A stretch of 64,000 nucleotides of DNA from Rhizodiscina lignyota (Eukaryota): contig ML978128.1 in the NCBI GenBank assembly GCA_010015805.1, positions 1,798,001 to 1,862,000 of the forward strand. Reading direction: 5' to 3'. Below the pieces are notes generated by a model. It saw nothing but the letters and a program-made list of their open reading frames with translations. It had not been told where the DNA came from and did no database searches. Made by a program: the position numbers and the translations under genes. Below are positions 27,090 through 41,225 of the stretch, in pieces (position 1 is the stretch's first letter; each line of letters opens with the position of its first letter).

Positions 27090-27389
27090 GATTGTTCTTT
27101 GCGCAATCGGATTTGGCCGCTATCAAGATTTCACCGTGTCGTCGAAAAGTGGATGGCGTTTTGCGGCGCATTGATGGAGAACGCGCTTTCTGTCTTGGCA
27201 ATCGTGAACCTGTTGGAGGCCCACGTGATCGTGGCGGCTGGTCCTTGCTTCAAGGTCATGGGTAATTAACACTTTCTTTCTCACTCCTGAAAGTCGTCTT
27301 TGGGGAATCGAAGATGAAAATATCATCGCATTGAAATTGCCCTGACATCGGCGACCTTCGTGGTGCCGGTCTGATATCAAACTGCCGGA

Positions 27390-30300
27390 ATGGCTTCGAC
27401 GACCATCAACGCGTCCGGGACGGACCAGGCGTTGATACCCCAGAACTCCAGCAGTTTACTCCCAGAACCACCAGGACAGTCTTCCTCGACCTTCGGGCTC
27501 TTGGGCTGGCTCCTCCTAGCTCTCATTCGAATCTTGCCATTCCTTGCGTACTGGCTTATCAAGTTTGCAACCATAACTCTTCCAACATGGCTGTTCTCGC
27601 TGCTATCAATATCTCTGACGTTCACATTGAACTTTACGAGCTTGGCTCTCATCGTACTTGTCGTCGGCTCAACAGTGAGTTGGTTTATTCGATACCGCTA
27701 TCTGAACATGTACTCTCGCCTGCCTCCGGAACCACAACGTAATCAACCTGAAGTTGAAGTCTTCCCTGAAAATGAAGGAGGGGGTTCAAAGCCTGGGATG
27801 GCCAATTATCTGGACGAGTTTCTCAGTGCGATCAAAGTCTTTGGCTATCTCGAACGGCCAGTCTTCCACGAGCTCACACGAAGCATGCAGACGAAGAAGC
27901 TGATTGCAGGGGAGACTCTATTGCTCGAAGAAGAGAAAGGCTTCTGTCTGGTCGTTGATGGCATGGTCCAAATATTTGTCAAGTCCAACACGAATGAACC
28001 GAGCAGTTCAGAAGAATCCAGCGACGAGGAAGATGAACGCCAACGCCATAGCCAAGGATATCAACTGCTGACTGAAGTCGGCAATGGCGCTCCGATGTCA
28101 TCTCTATTTTCCATCCTTTCTCTTTTCACCGAACATTTGCAAACAAGACATGATGGCGAGATTGAAAGACCGGGCACAAGTTCGTCCAACGTGGATCCGC
28201 CGTTATCTGGAATGCAACTTGCTTCTGAATACGGACCTGGTACCCCGGGCTCTGAGACGATGAGCGTAATGGGTTCTCCACGACGACTTAATGGACCTCA
28301 GAAACGCGAAAGGCGACCGTCAAGTTATTTCAGCTCCAGCGTTAACGAACAACTTCCTCGCGTACCGCATCTGTCTCTAGACCCCGAAGAACGGGCGGAC
28401 GGTAGAAAAGCTTCGAAAGACCAGCGGCCGGTGCCTCCCCGTATGAACTCAATCCATCCTGATATAGTAGCACGTGCTACAGTAGACACTACGATTGCGA
28501 TTATCCCAGCAACAGCCTTCCGCCGACTAACCAGGATCTACCCAAAGGCGACTGCACATATTGTCTCGGTGATCTTGACGAGATTGCAGCGTGTTACCCT
28601 TGCTACAGCACACACATATCTTGGACTCACAAGCGAAGTTTTGAGAACTGAGCGTCTGATGAATAAATACACGACGTACGAACTGCCAGACTTCCTCCGC
28701 GATTCTGCATTAGAACGGCTTAAAGACAAGTTCGCAAAGGTGAGACTATTCTCACGCAGAGCCATCTGCCATTGCTGATAAATTAGGAACGCGAACGAAT
28801 TAGAAGCGGTGATGATAGTAAAGGCATTGCACTGCACAACCCAATAGCAAGTCGCAGGCGAAGGCCAAAGAGCTCTCTTCGACGCGAAAGTTCAGTTCGC
28901 GGTGCAACTGCTCATGCTTCCTCACCTTCCCACATTTCACCGCCCAGAGTGAAATCGCCTGAGAGCGAACGAAGTGGTATGAGTGCTGGAGATCTATTGT
29001 CTAACAGCCACCTTCCTTTCGGACGTCGCCCTAATCGATTAAGCTTTTCTCAACCCCTCAGACATCATACGCCTCCCAGACAGGATAACAGTGTGGGTAA
29101 AGATCCAAGTTATTTCAGTGCTGGACCTCTTGATCTTCACCAACAGACATCGGAAGCAGAGGACACCGTTTTCCGTGAATCCATCCTTGAGTGCATGTGC
29201 AAAGCTATTGGCTTGACCGGCATCAAAGACACTCCCATGAAGCCCGTGTCGGTAACGCAGTCGCCGCGTCTTATCTCATTCGACTCAAAGAGGCAGAAGG
29301 CTGTCTTCAGTAATGCGTTTGGGCTGATGGAGCCCTTCGATCTGCTTGATGGAGACACTGAGTCAATCGCATCAGCCTCCGTCTCCGGCATAAGCGGTGA
29401 CCCCTCTTTCAACCTACTGGAAGAGCTTGTCAACGATGTTGAAATCGTCTTTTTCCCAAAGGATTCCGTGCTCGTGGAACAAGGAGAACGAAATCCTGGC
29501 TTGTACTACGTCATAGACGGTTTCCTTGATGTTTCTGTCACAGTTGACGACGAGTCTCCTAATTCAAAAGGCTTCGCCCAATCTGCCGGTCTTGCGGGTC
29601 TCACTTCAGAGTCTCAGTTATTCACCGAGGACCGTCCGCAACCTCAGCAGAACGGAACCGCTCACGCCCACTCTCACTCTCGGAGTAGAAGCCGAACTTC
29701 GGACAGGAAAAAACCCGGCAAGCGTGAGAGCCTCTTCCTCACCAAACCTGGTGGAGTAGCTGGCTACTTGGGCACTGTTACCTCTTACCGTTCCTTCATT
29801 GATGTTACGGCGAAGACAGACGTATATGTTGGATTCTTACCACGAGCGTCTGTTGAAAGAATTGTCGACAAGTATCCCGTCGTGCTGTTAACGATGGCCA
29901 AGCGCTTGACCAAGCTACTCCCAAAGCTCATCCGTCACATTGATTTTGCTCTTGAATGGGTACAGATCGACGCAGGCCAGGTCATCTATAAGCAAGAAGA
30001 GCAGAGCGATGCCATCTATATCGTACTCAACGGTCGACTTCGCGCAATCCGTGAAGACAAGTCGGGTGTCAAAGTCATCGGCGAGTACGGTCAAGGCGAC
30101 AGTGTTGGAGAGCTGGAAGTGCTTACTGAATCTGATCGTCCCGGCACATTACTTGCAATTAGAGAAACAGAGCTTGCAAAGCTGCCGAAGTCCCTGTTCA
30201 ACAGTTTAGCCCAGGAGCATCCTGGAATAACGATGAAGATATCGAAAATCATCGCCAAGCGCATGCGCGCCCTTGTCGACGATCCGCTTCAGGAACAGAT

Positions 30301-32049
30301 GAAGGAGCAAAAGGCTCCTGGCATACGTTCGAACCCGAGCTCAATCATGAACCTCCGGACAGTTGCGATCCTTCCAGTAACTGCTGGAATCCCGGTCGTC
30401 GATTTTGCAAGCCGCCTGATGGCTGCACTGACTCAGATTGGGACGCCAAATGGCGTCGTCTCCCTGACTCAGACAACCATTTTGAACCACCTTGGACGAC
30501 ATGCGTTCAGCCGTATGGGCAAACTGAAACTTTCCCAGTATTTGGCAGATCTTGAAGAGAAATACGGTCTCGTCATCTACGTTGCAGATACTAGCGTACA
30601 ATCGCCATGGACGCAGACATGTATCAGCCAAGCTGACTGCATTCTCCTTGTAGGAATTGCAGATGCATCTCCTGGGATCGGTGAATATGAAAGGTTTCTG
30701 CTGACCACGAAGACTACCGCTCGCAAAGAGCTTGTGCTATTGCATTCTGAAAGATTCGTGGCGCCGGGTCTGACGCGTACTTGGCTAAGGAATCGCGTCT
30801 GGATCAACGGCAGTCATCATCACATCCAGATGGCGACTCGACCGGTACCCGAGCCGCTCCACACCCCGGGTCGACGTTTGCAAGTTGCAATCAAACAGCG
30901 TGTGCAGACACTGCAAGCTGAGATCCAGAAGTACACGTCAAGACGCGTCAGAGAGACGCCATTGTACTCGGCTGAAACGCCACTCAAGGGAGACTTCCAT
31001 CGCCTCGCTCGCAGACTCTGTGGCAAGTCTGTTGGACTCGTGCTTGGTGGAGGCGGCGCTCGTGGTCTTGCACATGTTGGTGTTGTTCGAGCGCTTGAAG
31101 AGGCTGGCATTCCTATTGATATTGTGGGAGGCACTTCGATTGGAGCATTCATCGGAGGACTGTATGCATGGGATGCAGATCTTGTTCCCATGTATGGCCG
31201 TGTCAAGGTATGGCATCATTTCTGATCTACTCAAGGAATAGTCCTAACTCGGCATAGAAATTTGCGGGTCGTATGGCGAGCATGTGGCGGTTTGCTTTGG
31301 ACGTCACATACCCCTCGTAAGTCTTGTCTGTTAGCTTGAAGGCTCATCAACTAATTTTGAACAGAGCGTCATACACAACTGGACACGAATTCAATCGTGG
31401 GATCTTCAAAGCCTTCGGCAATGCGCAGGTCGAAGACTTCTGGCTCGACTTTTACTGCAACACCACCAACATCTCCAAGAGCCGCGCAGACTATCACAAT
31501 AGCGGTTATGTGTGGCGCCTTGTCCGCGCATCGATGTCCCTCGCAGGACTGCTGCCACCATTGTGCGACGAAGGAGACATGTTAATGGACGGTGGCTACA
31601 TCGATAACCTCACTGTCACCCATATGAAATCCCTAGGCGCAGACGTCATATTTGCCGTTGACGTCGGTGCTGCTGATGACAGGACACCGCAACAGTACGG
31701 CGACACGCTCTCCGGGTTCTGGATTCTCGTAAATAGGTGGAATCCGTTCTCATCTACTCCCAATCCTCCAACATTAGGCGAGATTCAGGCACGCCTGGCG
31801 TATGTGAGCTCATATGACGCGTTGGACCGAGCGAAAGCAACACCGGGATGCAAGTACATGAGGCCAGACGTTGAGATGTTTGGCACGCTGGAGTTCAGCA
31901 AGTTCAATGAGATATATACCGTCGGCTATGAGTATGGGAAGAATTTCCTTGCGGAGCTGAGGGAGCAGGGCGTTCTGCCAATGATGGAGGAGAGCGAGGA
32001 GAAGAAGAATTTGAGGAGGACAATGGCGCCCAGGAGGGCTAGCATATAA
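27390..32049 (+). CDS. NTE1: Lysophospholipase Nte1 (neuropathy target esterase homologue)
   Basis: Has N-terminal transmembrane segments, cNMP-binding domains and the patatin motifs GGGGARG, GTSIG and DGG. Introns: 28740-28786, 31208-31257, 31317-31364. Confidence 0.96.
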
Positions 32050-32768
32050 AATAGAGTATCAGTACAGTGAATGGAAGACCATGCCTATATTGACGGAACG
32101 TAACGCATTGTAAAATTGGTGTGAATGTTTGGAGCTCTCGAGCGCGACTAAAATAGGTGGCCGCTGTCGCAGCAGGAACGCCCAAGGGAGAACATATATT
32201 GCACTCCAGAGGAAGCGATTAAGGGTTGCCTCGATGTTGGTGAAGCCATGCTTAACCTAGAGCAGGCCTCTTCACCAGAAAGTTTATAACAATGGTATCC
32301 CTCGAAAAATATTGGGCGCCTTACCAGTTTAGAGAGTATATATTGTCGTTCTTGTGCGTCGCGAAAGATGCCGCAAATGGTTTTTTGTCGCACTTCGTGA
32401 TGGGCTAGCCGGTCGCATACTTTGAAGCAAGTTGCGGACTACAGAGAATACTCGCCATAGCAGTTCATACTTGTGACGTAGGAGGTCGTGCTGTCAAGGG
32501 TGAGTGGCTTCGGCGCTCCTTCCTCTCTTCGAGATGCGCTAATGTTGTTGGGTATATTAAGGCAGCAACTCGACCTTACCACGTAACTCTAACCCCAACA
32601 CACTTCAAGCCCAACACGCTCTTGGGTTCTCTCCGAATAACTTACTCCGTTCCGAGACCGCACAGCTGGAATATCGTCCGCATCTTCTCCACAGCACATT
32701 TCTCATCACTTCCAAACAAAACGCAAACCACAACAAAACGCACCTCACCAACTCCTCACCTCTTCACC

Positions 32769-34115
32769 ATGCCAGAATTTCTCAGCTTCGGTGGCGAGAA
32801 GTGGGCCAACCTCACAATCGAATGTCACGACGTAACGTGGTTGGTCCACAAAGCAATTGTGTGTGAGCAGTCGGAGTCCTTTGGCAGCGCCGAGATATCC
32901 GTGGACAAGGTGAGTGGCTCGACTTCTCAAGTGGAACTGTGTATATTGTTATGTTTTGTACAGAGCAGCGGCCAATTCATCCTTAGCTTGATGGACAATT
33001 TCCGGCCGCCGCCTATTCATCGCATCCTGGAGTTCGTGTACCGCGGAGACTACAATGACTCGATCGACATGGCGAACGCGCAAACACAGGAACAAGTGCG
33101 TGCGCTTGCAGCCTATGAGCTGGTGGCTATAGGCCGAGACCATGTAGCCTCGTTGAAAAATATGAATAAGGCTCTCGTAGAGTCTAGTACCCCGTCCGAA
33201 CTTCAACTGGCAGCTTTCCGGGGCCCTTCAGAGGACGTAATACAACGTGCTACTGCTCGGCTCGAGAACAACATCGAGATGAGTGTCTATGCTGATGCTT
33301 TCGGGGTCAAGGGCCTCTTAGAGAAAGCCATCGAAAAGATCAACCGGGACATCCAAAATGCGGCGCTGTCTGAGGGAGAGAAGTTTACCAAAATTGTGGA
33401 AAACTCATACATCCACGTGCCCCCAGCCGTCCAAGACATTCTAGCAAGAAGCTGCGCCCAATCCATCAACGAGTTGATCAACAAGGGAGGATTAGGCGTT
33501 ACTTTGCGACGGGTCCCAGGGCTGGCCGCTGCGGTGTGCGAAGTGGGTCTGCGCACCGCCGGTCCAGCACGAGCGGTCGTTGAAGAGCTGCTCCGGAGCT
33601 TAACTGATAAGCTCGGCTCTGTCGAAATCGTGCGTTCGGACCTGGAGGCGCAGCTGGATGCAGCGAGAGGTGAATGTGCCGAGCTTCAGAAAGAGGTCAA
33701 AAAACTCAAGACTCAGTTGAGCGCGCTGCTCCAGTTCACCGAGCAGGTCAAGAAGCAGACGAGAGACTCGGTGCAGGCGAGGGAGGGAGTAACCCAAACA
33801 TCCATTCGTGAAAAGGACAAAGCCATTGTGGATCTTCAAGATGAAGTGAAGAGGACGGAGGACGATGTCCAGAAGGCAAAGGATGACGCTACGAAGAAGG
33901 AGGAGGAGCTCAGAAGGGTAAAAAAGGAGCTAAAAGATCAAAAGGAGAAGTTCGATGCGTTCACTGAGGAGCCAGACAATTGGTATCGATGTGGCAAGTG
34001 CAACGAACGCTTCAACGGTTGCTTCAAGACGGTGGAGAGCCCTGAGGGTCGGTTGGGTTTCGTCTGCGATTACTGCAGGACACCACACGGCTGGCTGCAC
34101 ATGGACTACAAATAG
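32769..34115 (+). CDS. BTB/POZ-domain protein with a coiled coil and a C-terminal CxxC..CxxC
   Basis: BTB motifs ANLTIECHDVTWLVHKAIVCEQSESF and ILEFVYRGDY are followed by heptad repeats and CGKC...CDYC. There is a probable in-frame 54-nt intron at 32910-32963. Confidence 0.8.
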   Translation: MPEFLSFGGEKWANLTIECHDVTWLVHKAIVCEQSESFGSAEISVDKVSGSTSQVELCILLCFVQSSGQFILSLMDNFRPPPIHRILEFVYRGDYNDSIDMANAQTQEQVRALAAYELVAIGRDHVASLKNMNKALVESSTPSELQLAAFRGPSEDVIQRATARLENNIEMSVYADAFGVKGLLEKAIEKINRDIQNAALSEGEKFTKIVENSYIHVPPAVQDILARSCAQSINELINKGGLGVTLRRVPGLAAAVCEVGLRTAGPARAVVEELLRSLTDKLGSVEIVRSDLEAQLDAARGECAELQKEVKKLKTQLSALLQFTEQVKKQTRDSVQAREGVTQTSIREKDKAIVDLQDEVKRTEDDVQKAKDDATKKEEELRRVKKELKDQKEKFDAFTEEPDNWYRCGKCNERFNGCFKTVESPEGRLGFVCDYCRTPHGWLHMDYK

Positions 34116-34486
34116 TTGAGGGATAGACGTATTTCCGGGATGCTGCGGCTATGTCTGCGCATGATAGGTGAGCTGCTATTGTCGGATATGGAGAAGAAAC
34201 GGGATGTACTGTAATGGGTGGAGGGCGCAATTGAGGAGGTTAGAAAGTCTTCATGGACGTTGAGCTCTGGGCGGGATCCGCCGACGACCTCACATTCTCG
34301 GCCGTCTTTATCGGCTACACTTGCTTTTTCTGACAGACAACAACAAATGCAACTCGATCAAAGCCGCTTTCCGATGTGATGATTGCTGATATGGCCCTTC
34401 GTGCACGATCATGATATATCGTATATATTTCAGCGAGACTACCATCCCTCCTCACCTCGTGTCTCCCAAGAATAAGATCGGCAAGG

Positions 34487-36052
34487 ATGCCGTCCGACAA
34501 GCCGCTTGAGCGGACAATCTATGTTGGGCCGTTCGTTCACTCCAAGACATTCGACGAGCTCGAACTATGCGAGGATGGAGCAATTGGCGTGGATGAGAAG
34601 GGCAAAATAACATTTGTTGATCGACATGGAACTGGAGTGTCTAATAGACCAGGATGGGAATCGGCCAAGGTCGTCAGGATCTCCGGGAAAGGATTCTTCT
34701 TTCCAGGATTCATAGGTATGCACCTTTTGCTCGTAGTCCGCATGCAGCTGTCACTTGCTGGTCCTGCTTCTCCTTAATCTTATAGTTTTTGGCCGCGTCT
34801 GAAGGCTTCTGTTTGAAGGCTGTTTGATATGCCTTCGGTTTTAGCCTTCCGGTCTGGAAGGATCGATACCGCGCAGATTTATTGACCAGGGCCAGATTCC
34901 CATATCCACGCATCTCAATATCCGAATCTCGGTATCTTTGGAAAGAGCACCCTACTAGATTGGCTGCAAACATACACCTTTCCACTAGAAGGCAGTTTTT
35001 CCGACCTCGAAAAGGCGCGCAAGATCTACAACCGCGTCGTCGCCCGGACTCTGGCCAATGGCACTACCACTGCGGCGTACTACGCCACTATTCACGTACC
35101 GGCGACGAATCTACTTGCGGACATTTGCCAGACACGCGGCCAACGCGCGTTTGTGGGCAGAGTTTGCATGAATTCGACGCTGTCGCCGGATTATTACCGT
35201 GACGAGAGTGCGGAACAAGCAATCAAGGCGAGCCGAGAATGTATCGAACATGTCAAGAAGATTGATCCGGCCAATGAATTGATATCGCACATTATCACTC
35301 CCCGATTTGCGCCATCTTGCACGAAGGAATCGCTCAAGATGCTTGGGGATCTGCACAGAGAGACTGGAGTACCATGCCAGACGCACATCTCCGAGAACAA
35401 GAACGAATGCGAATTGGTCAAAGAGCTATATCCAGAGAGCAAGTCATATGCTGGTGTATATGACGATGCTGGGCTCCTGACGGATAAGATGATCCTGGCT
35501 CATGCGGTACATCTTACTCAGGAAGAGAAGGAACTGATCAGGGATCGAAAATCGAAAATCAGTCACTGCCCTGCGAGCAATACTGCAATTACATCCGGAT
35601 GCTGTAGAGTGCGAGAGTTGATGGACACGGGCATAGATGTTGGTCTCGGCACGGACGTTAGCGGAGGCTTCAGCCCCAGCATTCTCGAGGTCACACGTCA
35701 GGCTATCTGGGTGAGCAGGCACATCGCTATGCATGAAGGAGATCATGTGAAGCTGTCCACCGAAGAAGCTCTATATCTCGCTACACGAGGTGGAGCCAAA
35801 GTTGTCGGTCTGGAAGACAAGATCGGCGGGTTTGACGTTGGGAAGGAGTTTGACGCGCAGATGGTCCGCCTGGATGAAGTTCAAGATGGGGATGACGAGT
35901 TGGATGATGAAGATGGCCCGGTTGATATTTTCGGGAACGAGTCCTTCGAGAATACAGTTGCGAAATGGGTATATAACGGCAACCACCAGAATACAGTTGC
36001 GGTATGGGTGAAGGGGCGCTTGGTGCACCAGACGAAGAAGTTTGCGGCGTGA
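34487..36052 (+). CDS. GUD1: Guanine deaminase (amidohydrolase superfamily)
   Basis: Contains FFFPGFI|DSHIHASQYPN across intron 34716-34895, plus LLDWLQTYTFPLE, ITPRFAPSC, QTHISEN, LAHAVHL, HCPASN and GLGTDVSGG. Confidence 0.95.
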
Positions 36053-36375
36053 AGATACCCTCGGATGATACATATACATAGACTGGAGGTGTTGAAAGTT
36101 TGGACATGCGGGTTGGGTTTAGTCATATTAAATTGGTTACATATATGTTCAAGCAAACACTCCCTTAAACATACCTGTGAAGCTCCATTTGTACGGAGTA
36201 CATGAGACTATGACGGGAGTTCTCTAAGGAAGCACGTGGCAGCAGGATCCGCGCAGGGAGACGTGCGGCTTGGCATGACGCTAGCACCAAAAGTAGGCTA
36301 AAGAGCTGCCTCAAACTTTTTGGAGCTGCAACGCCAAATTCCCAAACAATTCTGAGTCGGCCGCTCCCACAGATC

Positions 36376-37747
<1,372 letters not shown>

Positions 37748-38183
37748 TGATCCATGGGATCTGGGGCTGTACAACTCGTTGGAACCCGTCGAATTCCAAG
37801 GAGCTGCTGAGGGATGAGCATTTGTAGGTCTGGGGCGGAGTAAGCGGGACGCAGGATGATAGTAGAGCAACAGTTCGGCTATGAAAATGGGGTTCTGGCG
37901 CACGAGAGGAAGGCGATGGTACCAGGCTTCTTTGGCTACATGGGCACTGGCTTGAAGTTTTCATATAGGGATGACTATGATGAGCGATGCATTCGACCTT
38001 CTGCAAGGCAAACTCAGGTATCAAATTGACGTCGAGGACGTATGTTCCCTCGAAGAAGTTCCTCGAATTTGTTCAGAAACTACTCAGTGCCCTTATGCTG
38101 GAGTGCAAGAAACGCAAATTCCCATGCTTCTCAAGAAGACGCCACCATGGAGCCATAAGCGACCCCATACCGGGTAGAGACTT

Positions 38184-39094
38184 CTATTTCTTCGACGCAG
38201 CTGCCTCCTCAGCCTTGGCCTTGGACCTCTTCTCCCTCACGCCAACAAGACGAGCATCAGACTTCGCGATCCTCAGCTTCTTGTACGCATTCTCCTCCGA
38301 CGGGTAGTCCTTCACGTTGCCTTCCGTGATCCGGACAGCATTCGTGATCGGCAGAGCGGTACCAGTGTGGCGGAGGATGTTCTCACCGCTCTTGGCAGCC
38401 TTGACGTCGTCGACAGAGGCGTCGCCACTCTTTGTCTTGCCCACGCGGCGCGGGAAGAGGATCAGCCGGCCCTTGTACTCATTGAGGCGCTCCACGTTGG
38501 CGGCGAGCGACTCCTCGGAGATGTTCTGGCGGCGTGGGTCGACAGAAATACCGATGGTGGGTGCGAGCTTGCGGGGGATACCAGCGGCCTTTAAAACTTA
38601 TTAGCAATTGTTCAATACCTCTGCTGGAGACAGTCTTACCTTTAGCTCAGCGAGCGAGAAGCCCCTTCCAGCCCTAACGCGACGGTTGTACTTGATCGAA
38701 GGGCAGCGAACGACGGGGCGGAGCTTGTCAACGGGGCGAGGCGCGACCTTTGCGGCCTTGTCGATGCGCGCTTGTCTGCGGCGCTTCTTGCTGCCGGGCT
38801 AGAGTTCGAGGAGACGTTAGACTCGCGACTTCGACATTGTGTGCAGGCGCCACTGCTCTCAGCGGAGTGAGAGGGGAATTACCTGATCGAAGTGCGTGCG
38901 CACGCGGCGCTGCCAGTCCTTGCGGAAATCTAGAGGGATTTGTTAGTTTTTGGAGGGGAAGAATTGACGTGTGAAGGACAGCTTACGGTTGTGGGGGATT
39001 TGCTGGTTGTGCTTGATCGCCTAATTGAAGTGCGAGTTAGTTCTTCTGCTCTGAAATATTTTGGGTAACCAATTGCGCCTTCGCTGCGTACCAT
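38184..39094 (-). CDS. RPL13: 60S ribosomal protein eL13
   Basis: An ATG-only first coding exon is followed by [55 protein letters not shown] and [15 protein letters not shown], with four GT..AG introns. Confidence 0.97.
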
Positions 39095-39329
39095 TTTGAA
39101 GGTGGGCGGTCGTGATGTTGCACTTGTTGCTCGATGGTTGAGAATTTGGTGGTTCGAAGATTTTGGGCTTCGCGTGGGACGGGGAAGGAACAACGATATT
39201 CCGCATTCTCACTCACTTCGGCTTCTTCGACGCCTCGCCTCTCACTCCCAGGGCTCCAAGAAGGGCTAAGGGGCCAAACACAATCACGCTGGGCAGCAGA
39301 CAAAGCTAAAGAAGTCCTCAAAGCGCAAG

Positions 39330-39800
39330 ACAGCGAGATTCGACATTCGGGAGACAACTGATCATATCTTATCGCAAGCAGTTGCCTTGGATATCTCCTA
39401 CAATTTCTAGACCGACGCTCTTTCAGCGAGGAGACCATCAATACGTGCTCCCTTGCTCGATATGCTGGCACTAGCTGGATCACACATTACCAGCTCTCCA
39501 AAGCTAATGATCCAACATTGAATGATCTTGTCCTGGCATTGTTTGCTGCCCAAAGAAACCAATCCCTCAATTGGATTCGTTTTTCGCATCCAGACATCGA
39601 CAAATATATAGTAAGTACTGGACCAGCATTTACGAAAGGGCCATTTACACATCCGGAGCCATTGTACTTCATCCAGCGTTGGAAAGTTTCGATGGACTAA
39701 CCATGTAGTGATCTATTTGGAATAAATCTTGATGTTTACGGGCTTTCAGATGCTTTCGAATTCGGGCCACATAGGTTGCACTGTACTTGCGAAAGTTAAC
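39330..39800 (+). pseudogene. Relic of a NACHT-ankyrin (fungal NLR-like) gene, helical region preceding the ankyrin repeats
   Basis: ARFDIRETTDH, then a frameshift, then IASSCLGYLLQF...SLARYAGTSWITHY...LVLALF...NWIRFSHPD...PEPLYF*. This matches my recollection of the H..IA..CL.YLL / LA.YAA..W..H / NW.R..DPD / PLYYA pattern. There is no start codon context, and there are stops downstream. Confidence 0.65.
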
Positions 39801-41225
39801 GGATGTACGATAAAGACGAGTGGACGAATGATGAGATCGAGTCTGTTAGTCTGATGCTGCTGAGTGCTTATTGTTGATGGCACGTGCTTCGACATTGGAG
39901 AAAGTGCATCCCGATCAAGCAAAGAGTAGAAGTGCACAGTTAGCGAGCAACATCACCCACAAATACAATCACTTCTCTCAGAACTCCTGCTCCCATTGTT
40001 TGCAAAGTCCTTCCTTACTGAGGTCGACCACATACATGTGAAGCTTCCATCTTTGCAGCCGAAAAGGACCGTGTTCTTGATGCTCTCTACCAGTATCGTA
40101 GCAGCATCGAGGAAGGTTGGTGGATTGTGAACTTCCCCTCACGAACTGACTTTTTGCATTTCGTGTTGCGGGATCGCAGTATGTAAGTATTTGTCAGTTT
40201 CTTGAAGGCCAGATACGAAGGTACTTAGCAAACTCCTTTTTGGTACTCCATCCAGGACCTTTAGCTGAGACATCCGATCCCGAAAGTGTGTCGGCAAGTT
40301 GCGAGGCAAGGAGGGCTGACAGAAGCCTTGCCAGCCGCATCTCGAAATTCTTAAAGATCAAACCTCAAATTCGACTGCAATTCTGCCAATTGTTCTAAGA
40401 ATGAGACGTTTATAGGTCTTTCCGTTCGAACGCAGCGGCCGTCCGACTCTCAGGCAATTAACATGAGGACTTTCGACCGAAAGTAGATAAAGGGTTTGAA
40501 ACTCATCTCGCGCGGATCAGCACAAGGCGCATGGGTTTAATCTTAACCTTACCACATCCGGCCTCCCTTCATCACCGACCAGCCGCAAAGATCTATGTAT
40601 CTATGTATAGCTGAACTCAACTCTCGCAGAACTCCAACGACGCGCACTTTTGCGTCTGCTCCGCCCCCAAGCAACTGGTAGGGACTAAGGAGACGCAAAG
40701 CAGACCACAATGTGCCCCATGCTGCTGCCGTGCAGCACTTCGCTTGTCGGCCTTGTCCTCACCAACGCCGACAAATCGCAAGCCCGCCCAAATCGCCATG
40801 TACCTCGATTACTGACATGTATTGGGTCCATGGAAAAAGACTGCTCCCGTGGATACGGTCTCGGCCTGAGGGGGACGAGGCATCTGACGGGCGCAGCCAC
40901 TCACTTCCAAGATTGTGGAAGTGAGTTGTCGCGGGAAGTGGACAATAGCCTTGCGAATTTGAGTCGGGGCCATCTTCTCTTACGTTGTCTGGTGAATCGG
41001 CGCCTTTTCATTGACTGAGCCTTATTCCATCTGTTGTGCGCCGAGAGATTTTCTTCAATTTGTTCGCTGTCCCTTTCCTTCCTCTGCCGCAGTGTCACCA
41101 TTCTGCGAGTACGAGCGGGAACTGCGCCGCAGAGACCTGTTTATTTCCTTACTATACACGCTTCTTTTATCCATTATTCTTGTTTATAATCTATATTGTT
41201 TGTTTCGTACAACTATAAGGTGATA

